Of a DNA stretch of 64,000 nucleotides, positions 1 to 9,108 are shown one piece after another. The translations under genes and the position numbers were made by a program. Position 1 is the first letter of the stretch, and every line of letters starts with the position of its first letter. Under the pieces are notes generated by a model. The model was not told the origin of the DNA. It did not search any database and worked only from the letters and a program-made list of their open reading frames with translations. This DNA comes from a phage, in assembly GCA_038314665.1 (NCBI GenBank), contig GCA_038314665.1_3677.1; one strand, 5' to 3'.

Positions 1-37
1 TGTTGCTTTTGATGTATCTTTGTGGTAAAATACATTA

Positions 38-508
38 GTGAGGGATATAATGCTAAAGGTTAAATGTCAAACAAGGTTCAACCTAAAGCGTTTAGACAGC
101 TTCTACAAAGAACTTGTGAGACTTGAAAGTAAAACAATAACCTACGGCTTTTATGATGAACCTCACCCGTCAGGCTTAAATATGGCAACATTGGCAGCCA
201 TTCACAACTTCGGTTGGAACGGGCTGCCTGTTCGCAATTTCATGGAGACAGCCTTTGCATTTCACAGCACTCAACTACAGACCTTGACAGAAAAATTGTT
301 GAGAGCTATGGCTAGAGGATCAAGTGCAGAGGCTATTCTTAAGCAGATGGGGGACACAGGGGCCAAAGCTATCCAGTTTGTTATTGAGGCTGGTCAGTTT
401 AGTAATCCTACTGTTAGTGAGCAGTGGGCACAAGAAAAGGGCTTCAACGAGGCTATGCGGCATTACGATGTGCTGCTTGAATCTGCAACCTTTAAAATCG
501 GACAGTAA
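38..508 (+). CDS. hypothetical virion morphogenesis/neck protein
   Basis: 156-aa ORF directly upstream of the sheath operon; no diagnostic motif, function inferred from position only. Confidence 0.4.
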   Translation: MRDIMLKVKCQTRFNLKRLDSFYKELVRLESKTITYGFYDEPHPSGLNMATLAAIHNFGWNGLPVRNFMETAFAFHSTQLQTLTEKLLRAMARGSSAEAILKQMGDTGAKAIQFVIEAGQFSNPTVSEQWAQEKGFNEAMRHYDVLLESATFKIGQ

Positions 509-523
509 AAATAAGGGGGTTGA

Positions 524-949
524 GTGGCAGCAGGTTATAAGCTGATAGGAAAGAACAGACTAATACCTCGTAAAACATTCAAAGGTCGCCACAGAGTGTA
601 TAACAAAACAGTTGGTGGTCCTTTTGTCAACGAGGGGTTAGAGCTTGAGTATGAAGAGTTTGATGTCTTAGAGTGTGTTGTGCAGCCGTTGACAGGAAGG
701 GCAGCTAAAGATTACTCCTCTCAAATAAACCCTGAAGGTGACAGACAGTACGAGGCTTTTACAGTGTACTCCTCAACCAAGTTGTATAGTCCGGACGAAG
801 GAACATATGCAATGGCTGACCAAATTCAGCTGCCTGACATCCGTGGTGACTTGAAATGGTTTACCGTTTTAAAATGCGATGCATATGTTACCTCTGGTGG
901 TGGGAGATATAGATTTTTTGTGGTAGAAGAGCCTGAAGGAGAGAACTGA
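524..949 (+). CDS. hypothetical structural protein (neck or tail completion)
   Basis: 141-aa ORF, GTG start preceded by AAGGGGG RBS; position-based call. Confidence 0.4.
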   Translation: MAAGYKLIGKNRLIPRKTFKGRHRVYNKTVGGPFVNEGLELEYEEFDVLECVVQPLTGRAAKDYSSQINPEGDRQYEAFTVYSSTKLYSPDEGTYAMADQIQLPDIRGDLKWFTVLKCDAYVTSGGGRYRFFVVEEPEGEN

Positions 950-1500
950 TGGAAGCTTTCGAAAAAGTTTTTTCTGATCTTGAAACAACCATTGCTAAGC
1001 TCGTCAAGGTTGCCACAGGAAGAACTGTAGTTCTGGCAGAAAGCTCTACCATACCGAAGCCGGAAGGTGAGTTTGTACTTTTACAAACCTTGGCGATCAA
1101 TCCCACCACTTGGGAAGATAATGAGTTTCAAGATGCGGAGGGTAATGCTTACGTCACCCACAGCTACACTGTTACTTATCTATTAACAGCTTATCGTGGC
1201 AGGGCATATGCTGCACTTAGCAGAGTATTGCAAGCAATAAACCTTCCAATGTTTTATGACAAGTATTTCCCTCTGGGATCGTGCTTTGCCTACTCTAACA
1301 ATTCAACAATCTCACCTCAAAGAGTGCCGTTGAATAAGCAGACGTATGAAAATAGAGCCACTGTGATGCTGACATTTAACGTAAGGTTTGTTGAAACAGA
1401 CATTGGGGCTTTTGAGGATCTTCAGGGAATTAAGGCTGAAATAACCACACACTTCCCTTCACCCAATTCTGGTAAAGCGGTTACAGACAGTGGTCAGTAA
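949..1500 (+). CDS. hypothetical structural protein (tail completion)
   Basis: 183-aa ORF whose start overlaps the upstream stop (translational coupling); position-based call. Confidence 0.4.
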   Translation: MEAFEKVFSDLETTIAKLVKVATGRTVVLAESSTIPKPEGEFVLLQTLAINPTTWEDNEFQDAEGNAYVTHSYTVTYLLTAYRGRAYAALSRVLQAINLPMFYDKYFPLGSCFAYSNNSTISPQRVPLNKQTYENRATVMLTFNVRFVETDIGAFEDLQGIKAEITTHFPSPNSGKAVTDSGQ

Positions 1501-1510
1501 TCGTTATAAT
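1482..1510 (+). promoter_or_regulatory. sigma70-like promoter candidate (TTACAG-N17-TATAAT) upstream of sheath gene
   Basis: -35 TTACAG 1482-1487, 17-nt spacer, -10 TATAAT 1505-1510, in the 72-nt gap before the sheath ORF. Confidence 0.35.
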
Positions 1511-1516
1511 TGTGTA

Positions 1517-1531
1517 GTGTAATGATTACAC
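1517..1531. promoter_or_regulatory. 15-bp perfect palindrome GTGTAAT-G-ATTACAC (candidate operator)
   Basis: Read directly: 7-bp inverted arms around a single central base, 7 nt downstream of the candidate -10. Confidence 0.4.
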
Positions 1532-1572
1532 TGCGTGTTTGATATCCGTGCACAGATATTAAGAGGAAACAA

Positions 1573-2949
1573 ATGCCATATTTAGATAAAGTGGTAGATG
1601 TTACAGTTAACCTCGGAACCCAGCCTATTGACACTGTAGGTTTCGAAACTCCCCTGTTCATCGCTATCCACAATAACTTTACTGAGCGAGCTCGCGTATA
1701 TGCGGAGCTGGATCAGATGGTGGAAGATGGTTTCGCACAAGGCTCTGCAGCGTATGAGTTTGCAGCAAAAGCTTTTGGTGGTGTATTCCCTCCACAATAC
1801 GTTATGATCGGCAGACAGGCCAAAGAAAAGACCACTGTAGATTTTAAAGGTATTGCTGCCGCAGCTGATACCGATGTCGTAATGACTATTGCAAAAGGTG
1901 ACTACAATACTGCCTTGATAGTCCCTATCTCTGGTGGAACAGGGGCAACTCAGATCGCAGAGGCAATGAAGGAAAAAATTGAGGCTGATGATAGCTTAGA
2001 CGGTATCACCGTGCAGGCCGACGAAGGTGTTATCACCATCACTGGTGATTGTACTGTTGGTTATCATACTGGTAATTATACGATCAAAAACATTGCCAAT
2101 AGTGAAAAACCTTCTACCGTGATCGACAAGATCAACGCTGAGCAGGATAATTGGTACTTCTTGTGCCATGAAGACCACACAGATATTGAAGCATGTGCTA
2201 AGTGGGCTCAGGCTAACTACAAACTGCATGTCTACTCTACTGCAGAAGATGTTACTGGTAAAGACAGCAACATTGCCACTAAACTGAAAGCTGCAAAATA
2301 TGACAGTGTTGGTATGTACGATCCTCGCGCCGACAAAGACTTCCCAGAGGGCGGTATTATCGGAGCTATGGCATCCAACGATCCGTCTTACGGCGACAGC
2401 TTACACTTAAAACAGATGCCTGGTGTTCTTGCACCATCCCTGACCTTGACCCAGCGCATGGCGATTTGGGAGAACAATATTAACTTCTACAGAACAATCA
2501 ACGGTGTTGGTGCTTTCTGGGAAGGTAAATGTGCCTCTGGTCAGTATGCAGATGCTATCCGATTCGCTCACTGGGTTAAGTTTAGATCTGAAGAGTCCAT
2601 GTTTGGATATATGCACCGCCGATCTAATATGGGCCTGAGCATGAAGATGTCTGATGATGATCTTCCGGTTATTAAGTCTGTCCTGATGAACAACCCAATC
2701 AACACTGGCATTAAGAATGGTGCGATCCTGACAGGTTTCGACGAAGACAATAATGTATTCTACGACCCGATCATCACAGTTCCTAAACGTGCAGAAATTC
2801 CAACTAATCAGTTGGCTGCTCGTGTTCTGGAAGGTGTGAAAGTAGAACTGGTGTATAATAACGCCCTGCACTTCGTTCGTATCCGGATCAACGTCCTTCT
2901 GGACAAAGTTGGTTCTAAATCCACCAATGCTGTTGCAATGACTGAATAA
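1573..2949 (+). CDS. tail sheath protein
   Basis: 458-aa ORF with AGAGGAAACAA RBS; N-terminal region resembles contractile sheath proteins; followed by tube, chaperone pair and tape measure in canonical order. Confidence 0.6.
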   Translation: MPYLDKVVDVTVNLGTQPIDTVGFETPLFIAIHNNFTERARVYAELDQMVEDGFAQGSAAYEFAAKAFGGVFPPQYVMIGRQAKEKTTVDFKGIAAAADTDVVMTIAKGDYNTALIVPISGGTGATQIAEAMKEKIEADDSLDGITVQADEGVITITGDCTVGYHTGNYTIKNIANSEKPSTVIDKINAEQDNWYFLCHEDHTDIEACAKWAQANYKLHVYSTAEDVTGKDSNIATKLKAAKYDSVGMYDPRADKDFPEGGIIGAMASNDPSYGDSLHLKQMPGVLAPSLTLTQRMAIWENNINFYRTINGVGAFWEGKCASGQYADAIRFAHWVKFRSEESMFGYMHRRSNMGLSMKMSDDDLPVIKSVLMNNPINTGIKNGAILTGFDEDNNVFYDPIITVPKRAEIPTNQLAARVLEGVKVELVYNNALHFVRIRINVLLDKVGSKSTNAVAMTE

Positions 2950-2959
2950 GGAAGCCTAG

Positions 2960-3433
2960 ATGGAAACTCAAATTTTAACTCCTTATGCGTATGACCCTAA
3001 AAAGGTCAAACTGTATCTGATGCAGCAGCGTGTCACTGGCTTCGCTGCTGACACCAAGATTGTTGTTTCAAGAAACGAAGACAACATTTATCCTCACGTC
3101 GGTGTGGATGGTGAAATGTCTGCGGCTCTGTCCCGTAACCAATCTGGTGTTATGACTGTGTCTTTGCAGAACACTTCTGTATGGAACGCTTACCTCTCTG
3201 ACTGGCAGAAACAGGCATCGATTACTGGCCTGGTATTCTTCCCGGTTCTGCTGGAAGGTAGCCAGGGCCCCGGTATTTCCACAATAGGTTGGATCCAGAA
3301 ACAGCCTGACCTGACTTACGGAACAGAAGTAGGTCAACTGGACTGGGATATCGGTATTCTGGATGCATGGCTCAACCGTGATAACATCACTGGTGCTCTC
3401 ACTGGCCTCGCAGGTCTTGCAGGTATTATCTAA
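2960..3433 (+). CDS. tail tube protein
   Basis: 157-aa ORF immediately after sheath gene, followed by a strong terminator; size and position typical of myovirus tube proteins. Confidence 0.55.
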   Translation: METQILTPYAYDPKKVKLYLMQQRVTGFAADTKIVVSRNEDNIYPHVGVDGEMSAALSRNQSGVMTVSLQNTSVWNAYLSDWQKQASITGLVFFPVLLEGSQGPGISTIGWIQKQPDLTYGTEVGQLDWDIGILDAWLNRDNITGALTGLAGLAGII

Positions 3434-3450
3434 GGGCACACTTTAGCATA

Positions 3451-3480
3451 AGCCTCACCTTAGGGTGGGGCTTTTTGCTT
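3451..3480 (+). terminator. rho-independent terminator
   Basis: GC-rich hairpin CCTCACC-TTAG-GGTGGGG followed by TTTTTGCTTTTTATT. Confidence 0.7.
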
Positions 3481-3524
3481 TTTATTGTTTTGACACACGT
3501 TCTTGAATTGCTTGAAAGGTTAAA

Positions 3525-3553
3525 TTGACAATGCATCATAATCATGGTAAAAT
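3525..3553 (+). promoter_or_regulatory. sigma70-like promoter with extended -10 (TTGACA-N17-TGgTAAAAT)
   Basis: -35 TTGACA 3525-3530, 17-nt spacer, -10 TAAAAT 3548-3553 preceded by TGG. Confidence 0.55.
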
Positions 3554-3596
3554 ACACAAATATGGTGCACAACATGACTAATAAGGATGCTATAAA

Positions 3597-4070
3597 ATGG
3601 CTATAAACTTTAGACCTACAACAGAGATTGATTTAGCAGGGCACAACTTTGTGATCACCCACTGGGGACCGATGAAAGCAATGAAAAACATGCCTAAAAT
3701 CGGTAAGATTGTGGCTGTTCCGCTAGGTGCTATCGGTGGATCTATTATCTCTGGCGGTCAGAATATGGCAGAGGTCCTTCCTACTGCCCTGGCTTACCTG
3801 TTCCAAGAACTTGATGATAACTCTATTGAAGAGTTATTTAAAATCTTGTTCGAAGATGTTACCGTGGATGGTGTAGATAAGCTTAACCCAGATGTTGTGT
3901 TTGCAGGGCATCTTCTGGAGATGATTAAGCTGGCAGGTAAGGTTCTGGAGGTTAACTACGGCTGTTTTTTCACACAAGACGGTTTAGGAAGCCTTCTGGA
4001 GATGTTACAGCAGATGGGTATGATTCAGCAGGTGAACAACCTGGATCAGACTCCGGAAGAGCAGGAATAA
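3597..4070 (+). CDS. tail assembly chaperone (G-like)
   Basis: 157-aa ORF between tube and tape-measure genes; contains slippery heptamer near its 3' end. Confidence 0.55.
   Translation: MAINFRPTTEIDLAGHNFVITHWGPMKAMKNMPKIGKIVAVPLGAIGGSIISGGQNMAEVLPTALAYLFQELDDNSIEELFKILFEDVTVDGVDKLNPDVVFAGHLLEMIKLAGKVLEVNYGCFFTQDGLGSLLEMLQQMGMIQQVNNLDQTPEEQE
3965..3971 (+). other. candidate -1 programmed ribosomal frameshift site (T TTT TTC)
   Basis: Heptamer in X XXY YYZ register of the 3597 ORF; the -1 frame is open from here with no stop through 4330, joining the 4082..4330 ORF. Confidence 0.45.
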
Positions 4071-4081
4071 GCAAGGTTGTT

Positions 4082-4330
4082 GTGAGGGCCAGTGAGTGGG
4101 CAGCCAAGAACAGTTCACTTAACTGGTTCGACTTTCTTTGGTGCAGGGTGCTCAAGAATTTCAAAGGGGAAAATTTTGAATCGCTAAATCTTGCAGATAT
4201 GGCGTATTTCCTGAAGCTCTGTGAGTATCTTGATATTGAAGAATTCCTAGATACCGTCCAAAACAGGGAAATGGAGCGGGAGCAGAAGGCTGCCGCAGCT
4301 GCTGCGAAAGCTAAGCGCAGGAGAGGATAA
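4082..4330 (+). CDS. C-terminal extension of tail assembly chaperone (GT-like, reached by -1 frameshift)
   Basis: Open frame with GTG pseudo-start and no convincing independent RBS; same frame as the -1 shift from 3965-3971; Lys/Ala-rich C-terminus. Confidence 0.45.
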   Translation: MRASEWAAKNSSLNWFDFLWCRVLKNFKGENFESLNLADMAYFLKLCEYLDIEEFLDTVQNREMEREQKAAAAAAKAKRRRG

Positions 4331-4334
4331 TCTA

Positions 4335-4372
4335 AGGGCCGGATTCCTTTTCTGGGATCTGGCCCTTTTTAT
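4335..4372 (+). terminator. hairpin plus U-tract between chaperone and tape-measure genes (possible attenuator)
   Basis: 10-bp stem AGGGCCGGAT/ATCTGGCCCT with one G-T wobble, followed by TTTTTATTATG. Confidence 0.45.
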
Positions 4373-4384
4373 TATGAGGAAACC

Positions 4385-6724
4385 ATGGCTACAAACAAAA
4401 TAGTTGCCACAACAGTCAACAAGATTGGCTTTGAGATAGAGAACTCCTCCTACAAAAAAGCTGTAGAGAAAATTCGCAGTATTGGGAGGGAGTTCAGGAA
4501 ACTAGGTGAGGATTTTAACTCAGCCAACCCCATGGGGAGATGGCAGGCGGTAGCTGTTAAAACCCAGCAGACAATGCAGAGGGTTGCCAGACAGCAATCT
4601 CAGGCAAATGCTAAACTGCACAGGGAGAGCGTAACACAGGCTAAGAAAGAGGCTGCAGTAAGGGCTGCAATAGAACGTAGGGAGAATGCGAGACGTAAAC
4701 AAGCTGTAGGTAATCTTACCGCTAAAAATCCAGAAATGGCTAGGATGCGTAAGTTCTACCAGCAGCAAGCTAAAGAGGCCAAAAAGGCTGCCAAATCTGC
4801 ACCAGTGTCTTACGGTGGTTATAAGGCACCTAAGGCAAGAGTTTTGGCTAATGCCAAATCTTTCAAATATATCCCCGGTAACCCTAATATGGGTGGTGTG
4901 GCTTCCGACCCTAACCTTGTGAAAGCTCAGACAGCCGCTATGAATCGTTATCATAGACAGCTAAGAAGAGACAGTAAAGCTGGTATGGATAATAAGCTTA
5001 TGTCGGATCGTGAGGCAAGGAGAACCCACCTCTACAACTCCGCGATAAGACTTTCTGCCAAGTATGGGGCCGGATTCCGTGGAAGCTTGCCAGGATACTC
5101 AGAGTTAGAGTCCAGGTTTGCTCGTGGGGAGATGAAAAAGTCAACATTTAATGCCCACTTGTCAGCGCTGCAGTCTGGATTTAAAAGCGCCACCAGTCAA
5201 ACGCTTACACTAGGCGATGCCATGAGAGACCTACGTAGATCTGTTATTAATGCAACAGCTGCGTATACGGCTTTTTCTGGATTTACTGCTGTTAACAGAT
5301 CCGGTCACATGATGGAGGGTGCAAGTGCTGCTCTTACTGCTGTTACTGGAGATCCAAACAAAGCCAACAGTGAGGTTGCGTTTGTCCAGCAAGAGGCTAT
5401 GCGTCTTGGTTTTGATCTCAAATCTGGTCTTCAAGGTTACGCCCAGATGGCGGTAAACGCCAAAAACCAGATGACAAATCAGGAGGTTCATGAGCTGTTC
5501 TCTGCATACTCCCAGTATGCTGCTGCTTATGGTGCTGATGAGGTAAAATATCAGCGCGGTATCATGGCAATACAACAAATGCTAGGCAAGGGACAAGTAA
5601 TGTCCGAAGAACTGAAGCAACAACTTGCTGAAGCGTTGCCTGGTGCATACGAACCTTTTATCAAGGCCACCAAAGAGGCTTTTGGTCTTTCTGAACTATC
5701 CATGGATCAGTTCATGGACATGATGAAGAAAGGTGAGGTTAAAACAGCCAAGATCATGAAGTATGTGGCTAAGTACATGAACGAGGCATCTGCAGCTGGT
5801 TATGAAAGAATGCAGAAGTCTAACGTACTGGCAGAAAACAGACTGAAAACCTTCATCGAACTGTCTCGTCAGAAACTGTTCACCCGTTGGGCAGATGAAT
5901 TGACAGAGTTCTACTACACCCTGATCCGCACAGGTGAGACTCTGCAATTTGTGTGGGATGCCTCAGGTGATTTTGTTAGCGGATTTATTAGAGGCCTTAA
6001 CTGGGTTGTTGGTGAGCTAAACAACACTATAGTTAAGATCCGCCTGTTTTTCCTTGAGTGGGGCATCAAATGGGGGTTCATAACAGCTAAGACGAAGGAG
6101 TATTCCGAAGAGCTGCATGACACCTTCAGCACTGCCAAATGGGCAGGGTATGCTGCTGCCATTATGCTGGTAGTGCACGCTCTTACAAAAGGGTTTGTCA
6201 TGGCATCCATGCTTGTAAAAACTTTTAAGTTCCTTAGCACCCTGAAAGGTGCAGCTGGAGCTGCTGGCGCTGGTGCCATCACCACAGGGGGTTCTGTAGG
6301 TGGCGCAGCAGGAAAAGGTGGTGGAATAAAAGCACCAGGCATCAAAGGTACCGGTATGTTAGGCAAGTTGGGGATACTTGGGACATTATTGAGTGCTGGG
6401 GCTATGGTTAATGATCGTTTCAACCCTTTCAGTGAGAGAAATCAACAGCTGGATACTATTAGTGACATGATCCGCAAAGATATAGTATCGGGTGGCAACG
6501 GGTTTGTTAATCCTCTAGACACTTTACCTGGTGGAACCCTTCCGCTACCCGGTGGTCCTGGTTTTGCCTCTCAACTGAGAACCATGGAAATGTTACCTTT
6601 GGAGATCAGCGATGGTAAAATCACCATTTCGATAGATGAAGGTGAGTTTAGCAAAATACTTGATGCAAAACTTGAGTGGGAGAATAACAAAGATATTAAC
6701 TTTATGTCAACAGATCTTTGGTAA
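4385..6724 (+). CDS. tail tape measure protein
   Basis: 779-aa ORF after the chaperone pair; long predicted helical N-terminal part, Gly/Ala-rich hydrophobic segment (GAAGAAGAGAITTGGSVGGAAGKGGG), GGAAACC RBS. Confidence 0.7.
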   Translation: MATNKIVATTVNKIGFEIENSSYKKAVEKIRSIGREFRKLGEDFNSANPMGRWQAVAVKTQQTMQRVARQQSQANAKLHRESVTQAKKEAAVRAAIERRENARRKQAVGNLTAKNPEMARMRKFYQQQAKEAKKAAKSAPVSYGGYKAPKARVLANAKSFKYIPGNPNMGGVASDPNLVKAQTAAMNRYHRQLRRDSKAGMDNKLMSDREARRTHLYNSAIRLSAKYGAGFRGSLPGYSELESRFARGEMKKSTFNAHLSALQSGFKSATSQTLTLGDAMRDLRRSVINATAAYTAFSGFTAVNRSGHMMEGASAALTAVTGDPNKANSEVAFVQQEAMRLGFDLKSGLQGYAQMAVNAKNQMTNQEVHELFSAYSQYAAAYGADEVKYQRGIMAIQQMLGKGQVMSEELKQQLAEALPGAYEPFIKATKEAFGLSELSMDQFMDMMKKGEVKTAKIMKYVAKYMNEASAAGYERMQKSNVLAENRLKTFIELSRQKLFTRWADELTEFYYTLIRTGETLQFVWDASGDFVSGFIRGLNWVVGELNNTIVKIRLFFLEWGIKWGFITAKTKEYSEELHDTFSTAKWAGYAAAIMLVVHALTKGFVMASMLVKTFKFLSTLKGAAGAAGAGAITTGGSVGGAAGKGGGIKAPGIKGTGMLGKLGILGTLLSAGAMVNDRFNPFSERNQQLDTISDMIRKDIVSGGNGFVNPLDTLPGGTLPLPGGPGFASQLRTMEMLPLEISDGKITISIDEGEFSKILDAKLEWENNKDINFMSTDLW

Positions 6725-6732
6725 TAAACTGC

Positions 6733-6760
6733 GGGGGGCTCCGGCCCCCTTTATTTTTAT
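6733..6760 (+). terminator. rho-independent terminator
   Basis: GGGGGC-TCCG-GCCCCC hairpin followed by TTTATTTTTAT. Confidence 0.8.
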
Positions 6761-6765
6761 CGGTG

Positions 6766-6794
6766 TTGTAAAAACAGCTATTTTATGATACAAT
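6766..6794 (+). promoter_or_regulatory. sigma70-like promoter candidate (TTGTAA-N17-TGaTACAAT)
   Basis: -35 TTGTAA 6766-6771, 17-nt spacer, -10 TACAAT 6789-6794 preceded by TG. Confidence 0.4.
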
Positions 6795-6827
6795 ATCTAA
6801 ATGGTATCGGAGTGTCCTGGAGAGGTT

Positions 6828-7712
6828 ATGCCAAATAATATAGTTGATGAAAAAGATCTGTACAAGCCTCAAGAGGTTAAGTCTCCAAAGGCTGAAAAGG
6901 CTGAGCAGCAAACTGAAGGTGATGTAAAGTACACTATGTTTGTCAGCGGTCTTAACTATGGTGGTCGCAATACGGAGATGAAGGGTAAAAACTTTACTAA
7001 CGATCTTGCTATTATCTTCGACCAGGTTGAGAACTATTCTTTCAAACATTCTGTTGATAAAACTGGTTTTGCAGTGGAAGATAAATCTACCATGTCAGAC
7101 CACGCTGTAATTAAAGATGGTGTATTTTCTTTTACTGGTAGGGTAAATACATCCCCACATATAATTTATGAGCAAAACTACATTGATAGGAATACTGACT
7201 CTAAAAACCCTGCAGCATCTATGAGACCAGGCGCTGCATTGGAGGCTTTGACTGAGATTATCAATAAGCGACAGTTGGTTTCCTTGGTTACCGAGGAGAG
7301 ACTCCTTGAGAACTATATCATAACCAGCCTTTCTGCCAACAAGTCTGTTGGTGAAGGGGCTGCAATGGTGTTTGATGTAGAACTTACAGAATTTCGCACA
7401 TTTTACTTGAACAAAGTTGTTAATGCAACAGTGTACAGCAATCCTAAAAAAGTTGGGAAGACCCAGCAAAAAGGTGCTGTCAACGATTGCAAGAATGGTA
7501 GTAATGTAGGTAACAAGAGAGATACAGGGGCATTTGCAGACACTGCATCCACAAATGCTGCAGAAGAGTGGCAGCCATACAAGTCTATGATGTGGACAGA
7601 TGAAAACGGTGTTACCCAGTCCGCTGCCGATTGGTACTATCAGGAATATGGAAGACCTTCCACTATAGTTCCGTCAGAGCAGGGAAACTACGACAAAGTT
7701 AACGGAAAATAA
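6828..7712 (+). CDS. hypothetical tail/baseplate protein
   Basis: ORF in six-frame track from 6801; ATG at 6828 preferred because of GGAG RBS and because the promoter -10 sits at 6789-6794. Confidence 0.4.
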   Translation: MPNNIVDEKDLYKPQEVKSPKAEKAEQQTEGDVKYTMFVSGLNYGGRNTEMKGKNFTNDLAIIFDQVENYSFKHSVDKTGFAVEDKSTMSDHAVIKDGVFSFTGRVNTSPHIIYEQNYIDRNTDSKNPAASMRPGAALEALTEIINKRQLVSLVTEERLLENYIITSLSANKSVGEGAAMVFDVELTEFRTFYLNKVVNATVYSNPKKVGKTQQKGAVNDCKNGSNVGNKRDTGAFADTASTNAAEEWQPYKSMMWTDENGVTQSAADWYYQEYGRPSTIVPSEQGNYDKVNGK

Positions 7713-7723
7713 GGGGAACAGTA

Positions 7724-8104
7724 ATGGAGCTTAAAGATTGGTGTGTAATCACTTTTGTGTGGGACATTGATGGCTTTCCTGATCAAACCATGCGTGTTGT
7801 TTTAGATAACGAAACGTATGAAATGCGTATGCAGTGGAATGAAAGAGATGAGTCCTGGTGGCTATCCCTTGGTCCGGTAGGGGATAGTCCTCTAGTAACC
7901 AGAAAGGTAACAGCTTGCCAAGATATTTTAGACGGTCTGCATTACAGAGACGATTTACCGAAAGGTAGATTGATGGCTTTGTCGTTTAAAGACGATCAAT
8001 ATTGGGGCAGGGTTGGAAGGTACAACCTTGGTGCGAGATCTGAGTTACAACTTGTGTACGGCACCCCAGTTGATCTTTACAAGGAACAGCAAGGGTTAGA
8101 CTAA
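7724..8104 (+). CDS. hypothetical tail/baseplate protein
   Basis: 126-aa ORF with GGGGAACAG RBS, tightly packed in the baseplate region. Confidence 0.4.
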   Translation: MELKDWCVITFVWDIDGFPDQTMRVVLDNETYEMRMQWNERDESWWLSLGPVGDSPLVTRKVTACQDILDGLHYRDDLPKGRLMALSFKDDQYWGRVGRYNLGARSELQLVYGTPVDLYKEQQGLD

Positions 8105-9108
8105 TGGCAGAGTACAGACGTAGAACATGGCGATTATTGTTTGGTCGTCCTGTAGAGCACGGTGGAAAATCAAAAACCAATATTCCGAAATCTGTTGAAA
8201 AGAAAGGTGAGAGTGATTCTGGAGTCTATGAGATTAGCTCAGACACAGGCGCTGCCAACATAGAGTTCGACATACAAAAGGATAATACAAAAGAGCCAAA
8301 CAAAGGTTATGTGACAGTTTACAACCTGTCTGACGATACAGTTAACTATTTGGATATGCATCAGGCTGATGCCCTTGCAGTTATGTTTGAAGCTGGCTAT
8401 GATAATGAGAACCAGTTGATATTCTCCGGAACTGTGGAGTTTGTTGAAGACAGATGGGAAGGTCCGACCAGAAAAACTAAGTTCATCTTTGGGGATGGCA
8501 CTGAGAACATCATTAAGTGCCAAAGCACAAGATCGTATCAGAAAGGCACACCTCTGAACTCTGTGCTTAATGACCTACTGAAGGATATGAACTTGCCAAA
8601 GGGTAGGGTTGTTGGTTTTGGAAACCAGACTTTGCAATACTCTATGGCTTTCTCTGGAAACACTGCAGAGAACCTCCGCAGGTTTGCAAGGCTGACCAAC
8701 TCAACATTCAGCGTTCAGGATGGGGCTTTGTATTGGACCAAGGTTGGAAAAAGGTTCAAGGACTCTGTGTTTGAAATAAGTGCAGAGTCTGGGATGCACG
8801 GATCTCCTACCCCTAAAAACCCAGAACCTGCTAAAAAACGAAAAGCTAAAGCTGCTGCCAAAGGTGGTTCGACATCTAAAAAGAAAAAGAAAAACCCGAG
8901 AGAGGATGTTGGCCTTACTGTAACCACATGCCTTAACGGGGCCATTCTTCCAGAATCCACCATTTACCTTAAAAGCAGGCAATACACAGGTTTCTATAAG
9001 GTGATCACGGTGCATCATAAAGGTACCATAGAAGGTGGTGATTACACTACAGAGCTTGGCCTTGGGGAAACAGTGGGTGGAGTTGTTGACAAAACTGAGG
9101 AGGTATAA
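8104..9108 (+). CDS. hypothetical baseplate protein (possible hub component) with Lys-rich segment
   Basis: 334-aa ORF with start overlapping upstream stop; contains PAKKRKAKAAAKGGSTSKKKKK basic stretch. Confidence 0.3.
   Translation: MAEYRRRTWRLLFGRPVEHGGKSKTNIPKSVEKKGESDSGVYEISSDTGAANIEFDIQKDNTKEPNKGYVTVYNLSDDTVNYLDMHQADALAVMFEAGYDNENQLIFSGTVEFVEDRWEGPTRKTKFIFGDGTENIIKCQSTRSYQKGTPLNSVLNDLLKDMNLPKGRVVGFGNQTLQYSMAFSGNTAENLRRFARLTNSTFSVQDGALYWTKVGKRFKDSVFEISAESGMHGSPTPKNPEPAKKRKAKAAAKGGSTSKKKKKNPREDVGLTVTTCLNGAILPESTIYLKSRQYTGFYKVITVHHKGTIEGGDYTTELGLGETVGGVVDKTEEV

Noticed and set aside
324-545. 73-aa ORF overlapping the first structural gene in another frame
   Set aside because: Overlaps a better-supported ORF, low-complexity translation, no RBS
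6593-6621. Internal promoter-like match (TTACCT-N17-TAAAAT) inside the tape-measure gene
   Set aside because: Weak -35 and located in coding sequence; likely a chance match
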